A DNA stretch of 64,000 nucleotides from Candidatus Altimarinota bacterium. Its GTDB lineage: Bacteria; Patescibacteriota; Gracilibacteria; UBA4473. Shown here piece by piece: positions 37,122 through 46,331 of this stretch. A program made the position numbers and the translations under genes. The notes below the pieces were generated by a model. That model saw nothing but the letters and a program-made list of their open reading frames with translations, made no database searches and was not told the DNA's origin. Positions within the stretch are counted from its first letter, which is position 1. Every line of letters begins with the position of its first letter. The stretch is taken from positions 1,248,001 to 1,312,000 of the forward strand of contig OZ246423.1 in NCBI GenBank assembly GCA_965231215.1, read 5' to 3'.

Positions 37122-38236
37122 CGCTTTTTTATCTAATTTACATTCACACTAGCTTTGCTGGATGGGAAACCCATACTGTGAAAGCCATTTTGGAAAGTGA
37201 TCAGTACTTACTTTCTCATAATAAAATAGTTAAGCCTTTGGACTTAGAAATACCTTCCTTCTATACTAAAAATCCTGAATACACCTGCTTTTTGAGATCT
37301 ATGGAGCGGTTTTTAGATCAAAAGCTGCTCGGACAATCTATCAAAATTAAATTCCCCGAGGCAAAACCTAAAAACCAGATAGTATACGGGGCTATGAAAT
37401 TTGATAAAACCGTTAAATTGGACGATTTTTTTGTATCTCAAGGGTGGGCCAGAAGTGCTAATGAAAATTTAAAAACAGCTCAACACAACGCAAAAATAAA
37501 TAAAAAAGGATTATGGGGACAGTGTAATGGGTGGAACCAGTTGAAGCATTATCAATCAAAAAAAGGAACAAATTTTGGATTTCCCCAAAAATACCGCCCT
37601 TATTTGCAAGGAGGGCAAACCGCTTGGGTTTCAAAAGTCTTATCTGCTAACTTAATAGAACTAAAAAACGGATTAAAAATTCGCCTTATAGGCGTCGGAA
37701 TACCTCAAAATGAAGGGGCGACACAAAAGTGTTTCAAAGCTGTGTCAAAAAAATATCTTGAAGCAAAACTTATCGGCAAAAAAGTTATTTTAGAGAAAGA
37801 CATTTCTCAGATAGACAAAGGCTATACGCTCTGGCGATATGTATTTTTACCTCAAACTAAGTTTCAAGCCCCAGTCTTTATAAATGAGTTGATGATCAAA
37901 GAAGGTTTTGCGAGATACAGCAATATCTCGAAGCAAGACCAAAAGTATGCACAAAACCTTGAATCAGCTCAAATGGCAGCACTTCAATCCCCTACCGGCG
38001 GCTGGAAAGTATGTCTAGATTCAACGATCAAGGAATCTCAAGACAAAGAAATTGAAGCCCCAGAGTTGCAATATGATCCAGACTGTCGGATAAAAGGGAA
38101 TATAGCTGGCTCAAAGAAAAACCCCAAATTCACCTATCACACGCCCCTTTCTGGGTGGTACAAGCGTCTTAAATATGAACGATGCTTTGAAACTGAACTA
38201 GAGGCTGAAAGCGCCGGATTTATAAAAGTGAAGTAA
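37094..38236 (+). CDS. Secreted tandem SNase (thermonuclease)-fold protein with C-terminal Ada-like metal-binding domain; catalytic residues degenerate
   Basis: KIRLIGV.IP, LWRYV, INELMIKEGFAR, AQ..A....GLW; C-terminal CRIKGNI...YHTP.SGWY...ERCF.TE.EAE.AGF. Confidence 0.8.
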   Translation: MLRKTLKLATLFYLIYIHTSFAGWETHTVKAILESDQYLLSHNKIVKPLDLEIPSFYTKNPEYTCFLRSMERFLDQKLLGQSIKIKFPEAKPKNQIVYGAMKFDKTVKLDDFFVSQGWARSANENLKTAQHNAKINKKGLWGQCNGWNQLKHYQSKKGTNFGFPQKYRPYLQGGQTAWVSKVLSANLIELKNGLKIRLIGVGIPQNEGATQKCFKAVSKKYLEAKLIGKKVILEKDISQIDKGYTLWRYVFLPQTKFQAPVFINELMIKEGFARYSNISKQDQKYAQNLESAQMAALQSPTGGWKVCLDSTIKESQDKEIEAPELQYDPDCRIKGNIAGSKKNPKFTYHTPLSGWYKRLKYERCFETELEAESAGFIKVK

Positions 38237-38809
38237 TTAAGCGGCCATTCTTTGTTCTACAGAGTTGTCATTTCCAGCTTTGGCAATAATGGCATTAATT
38301 TCTGCGTTTTGGCCATCACAGTACAAATCTAACATTGTAGTAATAGAGACCCCTGCTTTTGCAGCGATAGCTCTGGTTTCAGCAATTTCTGAGTGATAGG
38401 TCATGGGACTGCCTCCATCATCATTGGCTGCAGACATTTCAGTTAAGCCTTCTTCAACGTCTAAAGAGTTTATTATGTGGTTATCCCCCGTTACTTTGTT
38501 TGTATGATGTCTTTCCTCATGGCGTAATATGCGGATTACAACTGCTTGAGTACCCATGGTTAGTTGATCTGTATCAATGCGTGTTTTTTTTGAGGCTAGT
38601 TCATATTGACCTGCTACACCAGAATCTAAATCTGTAACTTCAGAATGACCTACATCTCTATTTGTGGTCTGATTAACCCTTCTCCTAGCCTCAAAAATTA
38701 CAGCTTGCTGGGCTATTATTGATTCAACAGATCTATATTGGCCAAAAAGTTCTTGAGCTCTTTTACTTTCAGGATCAACATTTATGTAATCGGTAACTCT
38801 TTCTGGCAT
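38237..38809 (-). CDS. Putative zinc metallopeptidase (HEXXH plus downstream Glu)
   Basis: ILRHEERHH followed about 15 aa later by VEEGLTE; ATG 38809 (MPERV) preferred over the ORF-track start at 38881. Confidence 0.65.
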   Translation of the reverse strand: MPERVTDYINVDPESKRAQELFGQYRSVESIIAQQAVIFEARRRVNQTTNRDVGHSEVTDLDSGVAGQYELASKKTRIDTDQLTMGTQAVVIRILRHEERHHTNKVTGDNHIINSLDVEEGLTEMSAANDDGGSPMTYHSEIAETRAIAAKAGVSITTMLDLYCDGQNAEINAIIAKAGNDNSVEQRMAA

Positions 38810-38990
38810 GGTGCATTTGATTAGGTAACTTAAAAATATATAAATTTTAACTATATGGTCAAATTTTTTTAATAAAATCATTAAAAATAAAAGATTATTA
38901 TTTTCTTATTAGATTTAAAAGTCTAAAAAATAAAAGCTAGATCAAAGTTCTAAAATAAATAAAATTGTTTCGTATTAAATGAAAATTTGA

Positions 38991-40691
38991 ATGCGTTACT
39001 CACAACTATTCGGAAAACCTGTAAAAGAAGACCAAGGGGGATCGGATCTAAAAAGCCATCAACTCCTCACAAAGGGAGGATTTATTGCTGAATCTGTAGC
39101 GGGAAGGTATTTTTTCTTGCCACTGGGGTGGCGAGTTCACGACAAAATAAAAGCGGTTATTAAAGCGCGAATGGACAGCTATGGAGCTCAAGAAATGATC
39201 ACCCCTACCCTACACCCATTAGAGCTATGGGAAGAAACTAACAGAACCTCAACGACAGGATTTGAACTTATGCAGGTAGAAGACCGTCGTGGGGGCCAAT
39301 TTGCTCTTGGAGGAACGGCCGAAGAAATGATGGTAGACGTGGTGCGCAAAAGGCAAATCAGCTATAAAGAACTGCCTTTTAATATCTATCAGTTCTCTAC
39401 CAAATTCCGGGATGAAGCCCGAGCTCGTGGAGGGCTTTTGCGGGTAAGAGAGTTTGTCATGAAAGATGCCTACTCTTTTGACACCGATGAGAAAGCCTTT
39501 GCCAAAACTTATGAGGATATGGCGGAATGTTACACTGCTATTTTTAATGACTTGGGACTCAAAACTAAAAAAGTAGAAGCTGATGGAGGGTATATTGGTG
39601 GAGATTATTGTCATGAATATCAAGTAGAAACGCCTATTGGTGAAGGCACTTACTTTGAAACCGAAGATGGATCTTATATTGCTCATGAAGATGTAGCGGT
39701 ATTTGAACGCGATATGATTAACCCGGATGAGGAAATCCAAGATATGATCGTTATAGAACAACCAGAATGGGTCAAAACCATGGATGATAATGAAAAACAT
39801 TACGGCCTACCAGCTTCAAGATTCCTCAAAAACGTCGTGTATAAAAATGTCACTACCGATGAGATTATCATTATTACGATTCGTGGAGACCTAGAAGTAA
39901 ACAAAACCAAGGTAGAGCGTCGTTTGGATGCTGTCGGACAGCTTGAGGCTGCCACAGATGAAGATTTAGCTAAACTAGGTACCAAGTCAGGGTTTGTGCA
40001 TGCTTGGGGGCATGAGGCCCGGTATATTGGTGATTTGTCGCTTAAAACGGTTGTAAACTTCATTGGAGGACAAAAAACCGATACTACAGATACGAAGAAC
40101 GTAAATTATGGAAGCGACTTTGAATGTGAATTTTTAGATGATTTAGCGGTAGCCTATGACGGAGCCAAAACCAAAGAGGGTAAAATCCTACATCAAAAGA
40201 CCGGCGTTGAAGTTGGAAATATTTTTCAGTTAGGCACTCACTATACGTCTAAAATGAAAGACGCTACTTACGTAGATGAGTCTGGGAAAGGGGTGCCATA
40301 CTATATGGGATGTTATGGAATTGGCCTTGGTCGAACTATGGCCACTGTTGTAGAAATGCATCACGATGAAAATGGAATTATTTGGCCAGAGAACATCGCC
40401 CCATTCCAAATTTATTTAGCCCCTATTGGGAAAGATCCAAAGGTCTACGAACTCGCCGAAAAAATGTACAAAGAAATGCTAGATAAAGGCATTGAAGTGC
40501 TATTTGATGACCGGCAAGACAAAAAGTCTGGCCCTGGAGCCAAGTTTGGGAACCATGAGCTGCTTGGTATCCCCTACCGAGTGGTACTTTCTGAAAAATT
40601 ACTCGAAGCTGGAAACGCTGAAGTTGTAAAAAGAGCCACCCTTGAAAAACAAGAAGTAGCCCTAGATAAAGTTTTGGGAATGTTTACTTAG
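38991..40691 (+). CDS. proS: Proline--tRNA ligase (bacterial type with insertion domain)
   Basis: MRYSQLF, YQ...KFRDEARARGGLLRVREF.MKDAYSF, EVGNIFQLG, MGCYGIG..R. Confidence 0.97.
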   Translation: MRYSQLFGKPVKEDQGGSDLKSHQLLTKGGFIAESVAGRYFFLPLGWRVHDKIKAVIKARMDSYGAQEMITPTLHPLELWEETNRTSTTGFELMQVEDRRGGQFALGGTAEEMMVDVVRKRQISYKELPFNIYQFSTKFRDEARARGGLLRVREFVMKDAYSFDTDEKAFAKTYEDMAECYTAIFNDLGLKTKKVEADGGYIGGDYCHEYQVETPIGEGTYFETEDGSYIAHEDVAVFERDMINPDEEIQDMIVIEQPEWVKTMDDNEKHYGLPASRFLKNVVYKNVTTDEIIIITIRGDLEVNKTKVERRLDAVGQLEAATDEDLAKLGTKSGFVHAWGHEARYIGDLSLKTVVNFIGGQKTDTTDTKNVNYGSDFECEFLDDLAVAYDGAKTKEGKILHQKTGVEVGNIFQLGTHYTSKMKDATYVDESGKGVPYYMGCYGIGLGRTMATVVEMHHDENGIIWPENIAPFQIYLAPIGKDPKVYELAEKMYKEMLDKGIEVLFDDRQDKKSGPGAKFGNHELLGIPYRVVLSEKLLEAGNAEVVKRATLEKQEVALDKVLGMFT

Positions 40692-41269
40692 GCGGAAGCT
40701 TGATCATTATTAGCATCAATATCAGCATTGGTGCCTCCATGAGTTTGGTTTTCTCCAGCTTCAGCTACTCGACTGTTGTTTTCACCTGGACGACTTCCTG
40801 CATTTTCATTGTCACCTCCCTCAACTTTTTTAGCATATTGTTCAGTTTCTCCAGTATCTTCAGCTCGAACTTGTTGAGCTGTTTTATGAGGATTTTGGTC
40901 TTCTGGCATTTGTCTGTTTTTTACTCTAGCTTCTACTGTCTTAGCGTCTTCTTCTAAATCAGCGGTTCTTTTTGCAATTTCAGGGTCCTTCTGAGCAGCA
41001 TCCTTGATTCCTCTTTTTTCTAATGATTTACCATTTTTTCGACCAAATCCACTCTCAAATTTATCTTTTTGGGCTTTAGCTTGCTTTCTCCCTCTTTCTT
41101 CGTATTTTTGCCTTTCTTCAGGATTCATATCCTCTGGCTTTTTTGGTTGCCTACTAGCTAGATCTGCTTCTCCTTCCTCTAGGTTATCTTTATCTTTATC
41201 TTCAGGTCCACGTTTCTTATAAATAAATTTGTAATCATATTCCGAAGCTGATTTGTAAAAATTTTTCAT
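40688..41269 (-). CDS. Hypothetical highly charged, low-complexity protein
   Basis: 193-aa ORF; shares its N-terminal motif with the upstream gene. Confidence 0.75.
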   Translation of the reverse strand: MKNFYKSASEYDYKFIYKKRGPEDKDKDNLEEGEADLASRQPKKPEDMNPEERQKYEERGRKQAKAQKDKFESGFGRKNGKSLEKRGIKDAAQKDPEIAKRTADLEEDAKTVEARVKNRQMPEDQNPHKTAQQVRAEDTGETEQYAKKVEGGDNENAGSRPGENNSRVAEAGENQTHGGTNADIDANNDQASA

Positions 41270-41292
41270 GTTTTATATAAGAGGTTATTTGT

Positions 41293-43491
41293 TTATGTTT
41301 TGCTGTCCTTAAATCTTCCTGGATGCCGAGCATCTTGATCTGGACTAATAATTTTTAGGTCTAAATGGTCTGGATCGTGACGATAAATCATAACCTTTGT
41401 TCCACTAGCAAGAGTTAAATCATAAGTCTTGCCATCTCGGGCATTACCATGTTGTTTAGCAAACTGCCACAAAGCCTGACCATAATTGGACGTTGCTCCT
41501 TTTGAGGGATTACATCGAATATCCCATTTACAACCAGCACCATGTGATTGATCTCCACTACCATGCTTTCCACCAGTTGCAGAGTTAATGTATCCTTTTG
41601 GTCCAGAATACCCCATTGAATTACGCATAAGTTGGTCTAATTCCATTAGCCCTTTAGCAGAACCTAGTTGAACACCATTAATTCCGTTTTCAAAATTGGC
41701 CATACTTCCACTACTAGCATTATCAAAACGAGAAGAAAGAATTTTAACCAATTCAGCTCTTTCTGCTGCACTTTCAATCTTGTAAGTACCATCTTTTCCA
41801 TCAAACATTTCAAAACCTGGAACGTTATTTTCTAGATAATCCATAACTTCATCATGGGTCATATCGGTTCCATCAGGATTTTTTATCATACCTGAAAAAT
41901 CGGCTCCACTGTGTTTAACGTAATTTTTAAGACCTTCGTTATTAGCTCCTAAAAGTAATCGTAGATATTTAGGCTTAAGGTGTCGTCGTCCATCAGGATT
42001 AGTTGTATAGGCTTCATCTCCAATTTTACCTAAAGCTCTATCAATGCCTCGTGCATTCATATTGAGCTCTTTTAGGTAATCAGTTCCAGAGGTAGAAAGA
42101 TCCTTAGATTTCAGCATCAAAAGATGAGGATCAATCCCATATCTTTGAGCCATCTGATTGATCAGTTCGTGTTTTTTAAACTTTTTGCCTGGAGCAATCT
42201 CAACCTCCTCGTTCATCCAGGCATTCCCTTCTTGAGCGGCTAATTTTTCTCCTTCAAAGCCAAATTGCTTTATGTGTTCATCTACTTTTTTACTAATAGC
42301 AGACATTTCTTTTTCTGTAGCCATTTTTAACGGCTTAACCTTTGTCCCATTTACGATTTTGGCATATTCATCTGTAATATTTCCTTGGCCATCAACATAG
42401 AAAAAACTTCCTCCTTCTGCATTGTCCTTTCTAATAGCCCTTCGTCCATCTACTTCAATTTCTCTTACTTCAGATGGATACCTATCTCCGGCTCCAATCG
42501 TCCTTAAATTGTCGTTATTGTTGAAACTAATAGTTTCGATTGTGCCTGAATCTATTAGTTTTTTGGCTTCTTCAGGGCTTAGAATTCCATTCCCACGAAG
42601 CCTTAGCTCATGGGTTTCTTCGCCAGTTTCTTCATTTTTGATTGTTTCTATATTTCCAGTGGCAAAAGCTTGGTTTGTAAACTCTTTTTTTGTATAGGCT
42701 TCTTCTTTTTCAGTCTTTAATGGTGCTTCAAGTTCAGTTCGAACTTCTTCAGCCATAGATTTCACAGTTTCTTTTAGAGTAGCTTCGTCCATTGTGGCTA
42801 ACTTTGAAGGATCCATAGCCTTAAGCTTAGCCTTTATAGCCTCTATAATACGTTCATCCATAATTTTTTTAGCACCTTCCATACCTGTTTCACGCAGTGC
42901 ATCATTTATCCCAAACTGAATTTTTCCGCGTACAATTTCAGCCTCTACTTGTTGCTCTATCGATTTAGAAAATTCAGGATCATTTAGATCAATATCCTTA
43001 AAAGCTGTTCCAGCTTCTGTTTTTTCTTTTATAAGGGCTTCTACGGTTGTTTTAATAGCTCTATCCAAAGTTTCATCTCCATGCTTATACTTATCAGCCA
43101 TCTTAGAGCGAATGGCTTCAGAAAGGTTCCCAACAACCTCTTCGCGCTTCTTGTTATGAAGTTCTGTTAATTTAGTTTCAATCTTAGATTTATCGGCTGC
43201 AATTCTGTCAAAATCCGCTTGAGTGAATTCTACTTCACCTGTTTTTTTTGCCCCTTCTGGACTAGCTTTCATGCCTTTAATTATTTGGGCTACTTGGTCT
43301 GGCGGGAGGGATCTGCACTTTTCAACTAAAGCACAAGCTTGCTTATGAATTTCTTCATTAGTAAGAGATGGGTTATCAGTGGTATTTTCAGATTCATCTG
43401 CCCTAGTTTCAGTATTTTCTGCCTCTCCTGGCTTTTCTTTGTAAATGTACTGAGGAACTTCTTGTGAATTAAATTGAAAAAGTTTTTTCAT
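41293..43491 (-). CDS. Large helical protein with C-terminal peptidase M15/LAS-like Zn domain (putative peptidoglycan hydrolase)
   Basis: INSATGGKH...SHGAGCKWD (H-x6-D) and DHLD; SLT-like segment INQMAQRYGIDPHLL; long Glu/Lys/Ala-rich N-terminal half. Confidence 0.65.
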   Translation of the reverse strand: MKKLFQFNSQEVPQYIYKEKPGEAENTETRADESENTTDNPSLTNEEIHKQACALVEKCRSLPPDQVAQIIKGMKASPEGAKKTGEVEFTQADFDRIAADKSKIETKLTELHNKKREEVVGNLSEAIRSKMADKYKHGDETLDRAIKTTVEALIKEKTEAGTAFKDIDLNDPEFSKSIEQQVEAEIVRGKIQFGINDALRETGMEGAKKIMDERIIEAIKAKLKAMDPSKLATMDEATLKETVKSMAEEVRTELEAPLKTEKEEAYTKKEFTNQAFATGNIETIKNEETGEETHELRLRGNGILSPEEAKKLIDSGTIETISFNNNDNLRTIGAGDRYPSEVREIEVDGRRAIRKDNAEGGSFFYVDGQGNITDEYAKIVNGTKVKPLKMATEKEMSAISKKVDEHIKQFGFEGEKLAAQEGNAWMNEEVEIAPGKKFKKHELINQMAQRYGIDPHLLMLKSKDLSTSGTDYLKELNMNARGIDRALGKIGDEAYTTNPDGRRHLKPKYLRLLLGANNEGLKNYVKHSGADFSGMIKNPDGTDMTHDEVMDYLENNVPGFEMFDGKDGTYKIESAAERAELVKILSSRFDNASSGSMANFENGINGVQLGSAKGLMELDQLMRNSMGYSGPKGYINSATGGKHGSGDQSHGAGCKWDIRCNPSKGATSNYGQALWQFAKQHGNARDGKTYDLTLASGTKVMIYRHDPDHLDLKIISPDQDARHPGRFKDSKT

Positions 43492-43583
43492 TATTTGTAT
43501 TTATTAATATGTGATTATATCACACTTTAAGCCGAAAAAAAAGTCTTCTGGCAAAGATTTTTAGAATCCATAGAATAACTTCA

Positions 43584-44024
43584 ATGAATGATCTTTTTAG
43601 TGACTTGAATAGTGATAAACCAGTCAAATCAGCCACGCTCTTTTGTGATGGCGGATCAAGAGGAAATCCTGGCCCTGCTGGGTGTGGAGGGGCTTTATTT
43701 GATGCAAATAAAAAAGAAATTGGTGCCTATTATGAATTTTTGGGACATCAAACTAATAACTTTGCGGAATATACTGGATTGATTTTGGGACTTAAAAAGG
43801 CTTTAGAATTAGATATAACCCACCTAAAGGTCTGCATGGACTCTAAGCTAGCCATAGAGCAAATGGGCGGCAATTGGAAGGTGAAACACCCAGATATCAA
43901 AAAACTTTGGGAGCAAGCCAAGTTGCTCTGTGAAGATTTTATAGAAGTTACCTATGCGCACGTCCCGCGAGAAAAAAACAAGCGTGCAGATGCACTCGCC
44001 AATAAGGCTATGGATTTGGGATAG
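43584..44024 (+). CDS. rnhA: Ribonuclease HI (short, DGGSRGNPG type)
   Basis: FCDGGSRGNPGPAG, TNNFAEY, MDSKL, HVPREKNKRAD.LAN.AMD. Confidence 0.93.
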   Translation: MNDLFSDLNSDKPVKSATLFCDGGSRGNPGPAGCGGALFDANKKEIGAYYEFLGHQTNNFAEYTGLILGLKKALELDITHLKVCMDSKLAIEQMGGNWKVKHPDIKKLWEQAKLLCEDFIEVTYAHVPREKNKRADALANKAMDLG

Positions 44025-45198
44025 GAAACTCAGTACACTGATCTAGTATAGCTTCTGGAGTATAAAACCTATTCCGTACTGCTCCGCCCAAAAACAGACC
44101 GTTAACAAAAATAATGCCATTATGTGCTTTTTGCCAGCTTTGAGCTGCTTCAAGAGCTTCCTTAGGATCAGCTATAGCGCTCCCTACTTTGAACTGTTTA
44201 TAAAGCATTTTAGCTGGCCACGTAAGCCTCAGGTTAGGAACTGCTGACCAAATCACTTCATCAAATTGATCTAAGATAATATTAAATATTTCGGGATCAT
44301 GATTTTTTCCTAGACCTAAAATAGCGCATCGAGGTGATTTTAATTTTTTAATTTTTGGTAAAATATACTCAAATCGAGGAGCCGAATGGGCTCCATCTAT
44401 GACCAAATGGGTACTTATTTTCTCCCATCGGCAGGGCATGTGTGGAGTAATCATTTCAAAACTATTTGAATCTAAAATTTGTTCGCATATATTGCGAGCA
44501 ATTTTTTTGTTCATTTTTTGTTTTATTCCTTTTAAAAAAAGAATTTTAGAGCTAGATTTTTTTTCTAAAATTGATCTATATTTTTGTTCAAATGAGATAT
44601 TTAATTTAGAATCTTTGGTAAAGATCCCAGCCTTAGCTTCGGCCAATTTTTCTATAGAATCATCAAACATCTCCAAGTGATCATGCCCAATAAAAGTAAG
44701 GGCTGCAATGCGCTTCCCTTTGAGGGCATTTACGGCATCCATTTCACCACCAATTCCTACCTCGCAGATACAAATCTCTACTCCAGCTTTTTTAGCCGCC
44801 AAAATACCCGTTAGAACAATCGCCTCATAGTAAGTCGGATGAACTTGTAGTTTTTGGGTGATAGCTTTTATTTCTAATACATTTCCCCCAAATACCTCTG
44901 AGTCAATAAGTCTACCATTTAATCGAATCCTTTCAGTTATAACTTGTAGGTGAGGCGAGGAAATAAGCGCGACACTTTTCCCCTGAGAAAGCAGTGTCTG
45001 CTCTGTATAGCGACAAACACTCCCCTTCCCGGCCGTACCACCTACAATGACACGCCATTGAAAGTCTTTATCGGGATTCCCTAAAGCTTCTAAAACTTTT
45101 AATGTGACTTCTAAATTTGGCTTGGCTTTTGTATGGAAAAACTTCTTTTCTGAAGCGAGTTTATCAAGCCATTCTGTGGCCTCTTTGTATAGGTGCAT
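44008..45198 (-). CDS. folC: Folylpolyglutamate synthase / dihydrofolate synthase family
   Basis: VGGTAGKGSV, SSPHL...ERIR.NG, EVGIGG.MDAVN, IDGAH; ATG 45198 preferred. Confidence 0.88.
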   Translation of the reverse strand: MHLYKEATEWLDKLASEKKFFHTKAKPNLEVTLKVLEALGNPDKDFQWRVIVGGTAGKGSVCRYTEQTLLSQGKSVALISSPHLQVITERIRLNGRLIDSEVFGGNVLEIKAITQKLQVHPTYYEAIVLTGILAAKKAGVEICICEVGIGGEMDAVNALKGKRIAALTFIGHDHLEMFDDSIEKLAEAKAGIFTKDSKLNISFEQKYRSILEKKSSSKILFLKGIKQKMNKKIARNICEQILDSNSFEMITPHMPCRWEKISTHLVIDGAHSAPRFEYILPKIKKLKSPRCAILGLGKNHDPEIFNIILDQFDEVIWSAVPNLRLTWPAKMLYKQFKVGSAIADPKEALEAAQSWQKAHNGIIFVNGLFLGGAVRNRFYTPEAILDQCTEFPIPNP

Positions 45199-45246
45199 GC
45201 GTGAGAAATATACAAAAAAAGTCCATTTAACCAAATGAACTCTTTA

Positions 45247-45323
45247 TGGTGGGCGATATAGGATTCGAACCTATGACCTCCTCGGTGTAAACGAGATGCT
45301 CTAGCCAACTGAGCTAATCGCCC
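45247..45323 (-). tRNA. tRNA-Val (anticodon TAC), CCA encoded
   Basis: - strand GGGCGATTAGCTCAGTTGGCTAGAGCATCTCGTTTACACCGAGGAGGTCATAGGTTCGAATCCTATATCGCCCACCA. Confidence 0.97.
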
Positions 45324-45405
45324 TTGAAGCTGGAGGAATATATATATTTTTTTATGAGGTGCAAAATTTTTTGAGCGAATTTAAATCTATGTAAAATGTT
45401 TAAGA

Positions 45406-45798
45406 ATGAAAAACCCACTAAACCGTCTACTCCACCGGAAACCTAAAATAAAGAAAGGTCAGCATCTAGAACCAATTCATCATTATCATGTAAGAAAGCG
45501 GGTATTCCATAAAGATGAACCCTACCCACATCCTGATAGGTTTAAGCGATTGCTAGATAGAAGTGTTTATTTTGTAGGCGTTATTGGGCCCATAATGACG
45601 CTGCCGCAACTTTATATGATTTGGCATAATCAAAATGCGGAAGGCGTTTCTATTTGGACCTGGGGAGCCTATGGATTTGTTTCTGTTTTTTGGTTTCTTT
45701 ACGGCACGCTTCATGATGAAAAACCTATTGTTTTTACCTATAGCTTTTGGATTTTGGTTCATGCATTTGTGATCACAGGAATAATTTTGTATGGTTAA
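45406..45798 (+). CDS. SemiSWEET / PQ-loop family transporter with His-rich N-terminus
   Basis: GP.MTLPQL..IW....AEGVS..TW, FW.LYG..H..KPI. Confidence 0.8.
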   Translation: MKNPLNRLLHRKPKIKKGQHLEPIHHYHVRKRVFHKDEPYPHPDRFKRLLDRSVYFVGVIGPIMTLPQLYMIWHNQNAEGVSIWTWGAYGFVSVFWFLYGTLHDEKPIVFTYSFWILVHAFVITGIILYG

Positions 45799-45801
45799 AC
45801 T

Positions 45802-46329
45802 ATGAAACTTGTTGAACAATATGTATCCCTAAATGACAACTACAAAGCGGTAGTTTTTGAGCCAGAGGCTGAAGAAGTCATGTTTGAAGTAAATGTATAT
45901 AAATGGAACGAACAACAGCTTGACGATGAAGGAAATCCAATCTGGGAAAGAATTGCTGGGCCGTTTGCTATACAAAATCTAGAAGCGGCTAAAACGCTTG
46001 CTCTAGACCAATTGCACTTACTTTCTGGTGAGACTGAAGACCAAAGTATTCCAGAAGATATAAAAAATGAAGTGCTAGAGACGCTTGGAAATGATGAATT
46101 TATATTTTTGGACATTAAAAACTATTCACTGAGTTATCTCCCGGACTCCCAAAGCGAAAATTTTGAAGATTTTGAAGGTCAAATCCTACTGGCGGCTGAT
46201 GAGTTCTATTTTGTGCAAGCCAAAGATAATTGTTGGTGGTCAGGGTTTTTGTATGATGAAGGGCAAATACGCTGTTGGCAAAAATTTGAAGCCCTCAACG
46301 TAGCGCTTATAAACACCATAAAAAGCTAA
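45802..46329 (+). CDS. Hypothetical acidic protein
   Basis: 175-aa ORF starting 3 nt after the PQ-loop gene. Confidence 0.75.
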   Translation: MKLVEQYVSLNDNYKAVVFEPEAEEVMFEVNVYKWNEQQLDDEGNPIWERIAGPFAIQNLEAAKTLALDQLHLLSGETEDQSIPEDIKNEVLETLGNDEFIFLDIKNYSLSYLPDSQSENFEDFEGQILLAADEFYFVQAKDNCWWSGFLYDEGQIRCWQKFEALNVALINTIKS

Positions 46330-46331
46330 AA

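Noticed and set aside
45247-45323. tRNA-Val as an integration site
   Set aside because: No integrase nearby, no duplicated tRNA 3' end seen, and folC follows directly.
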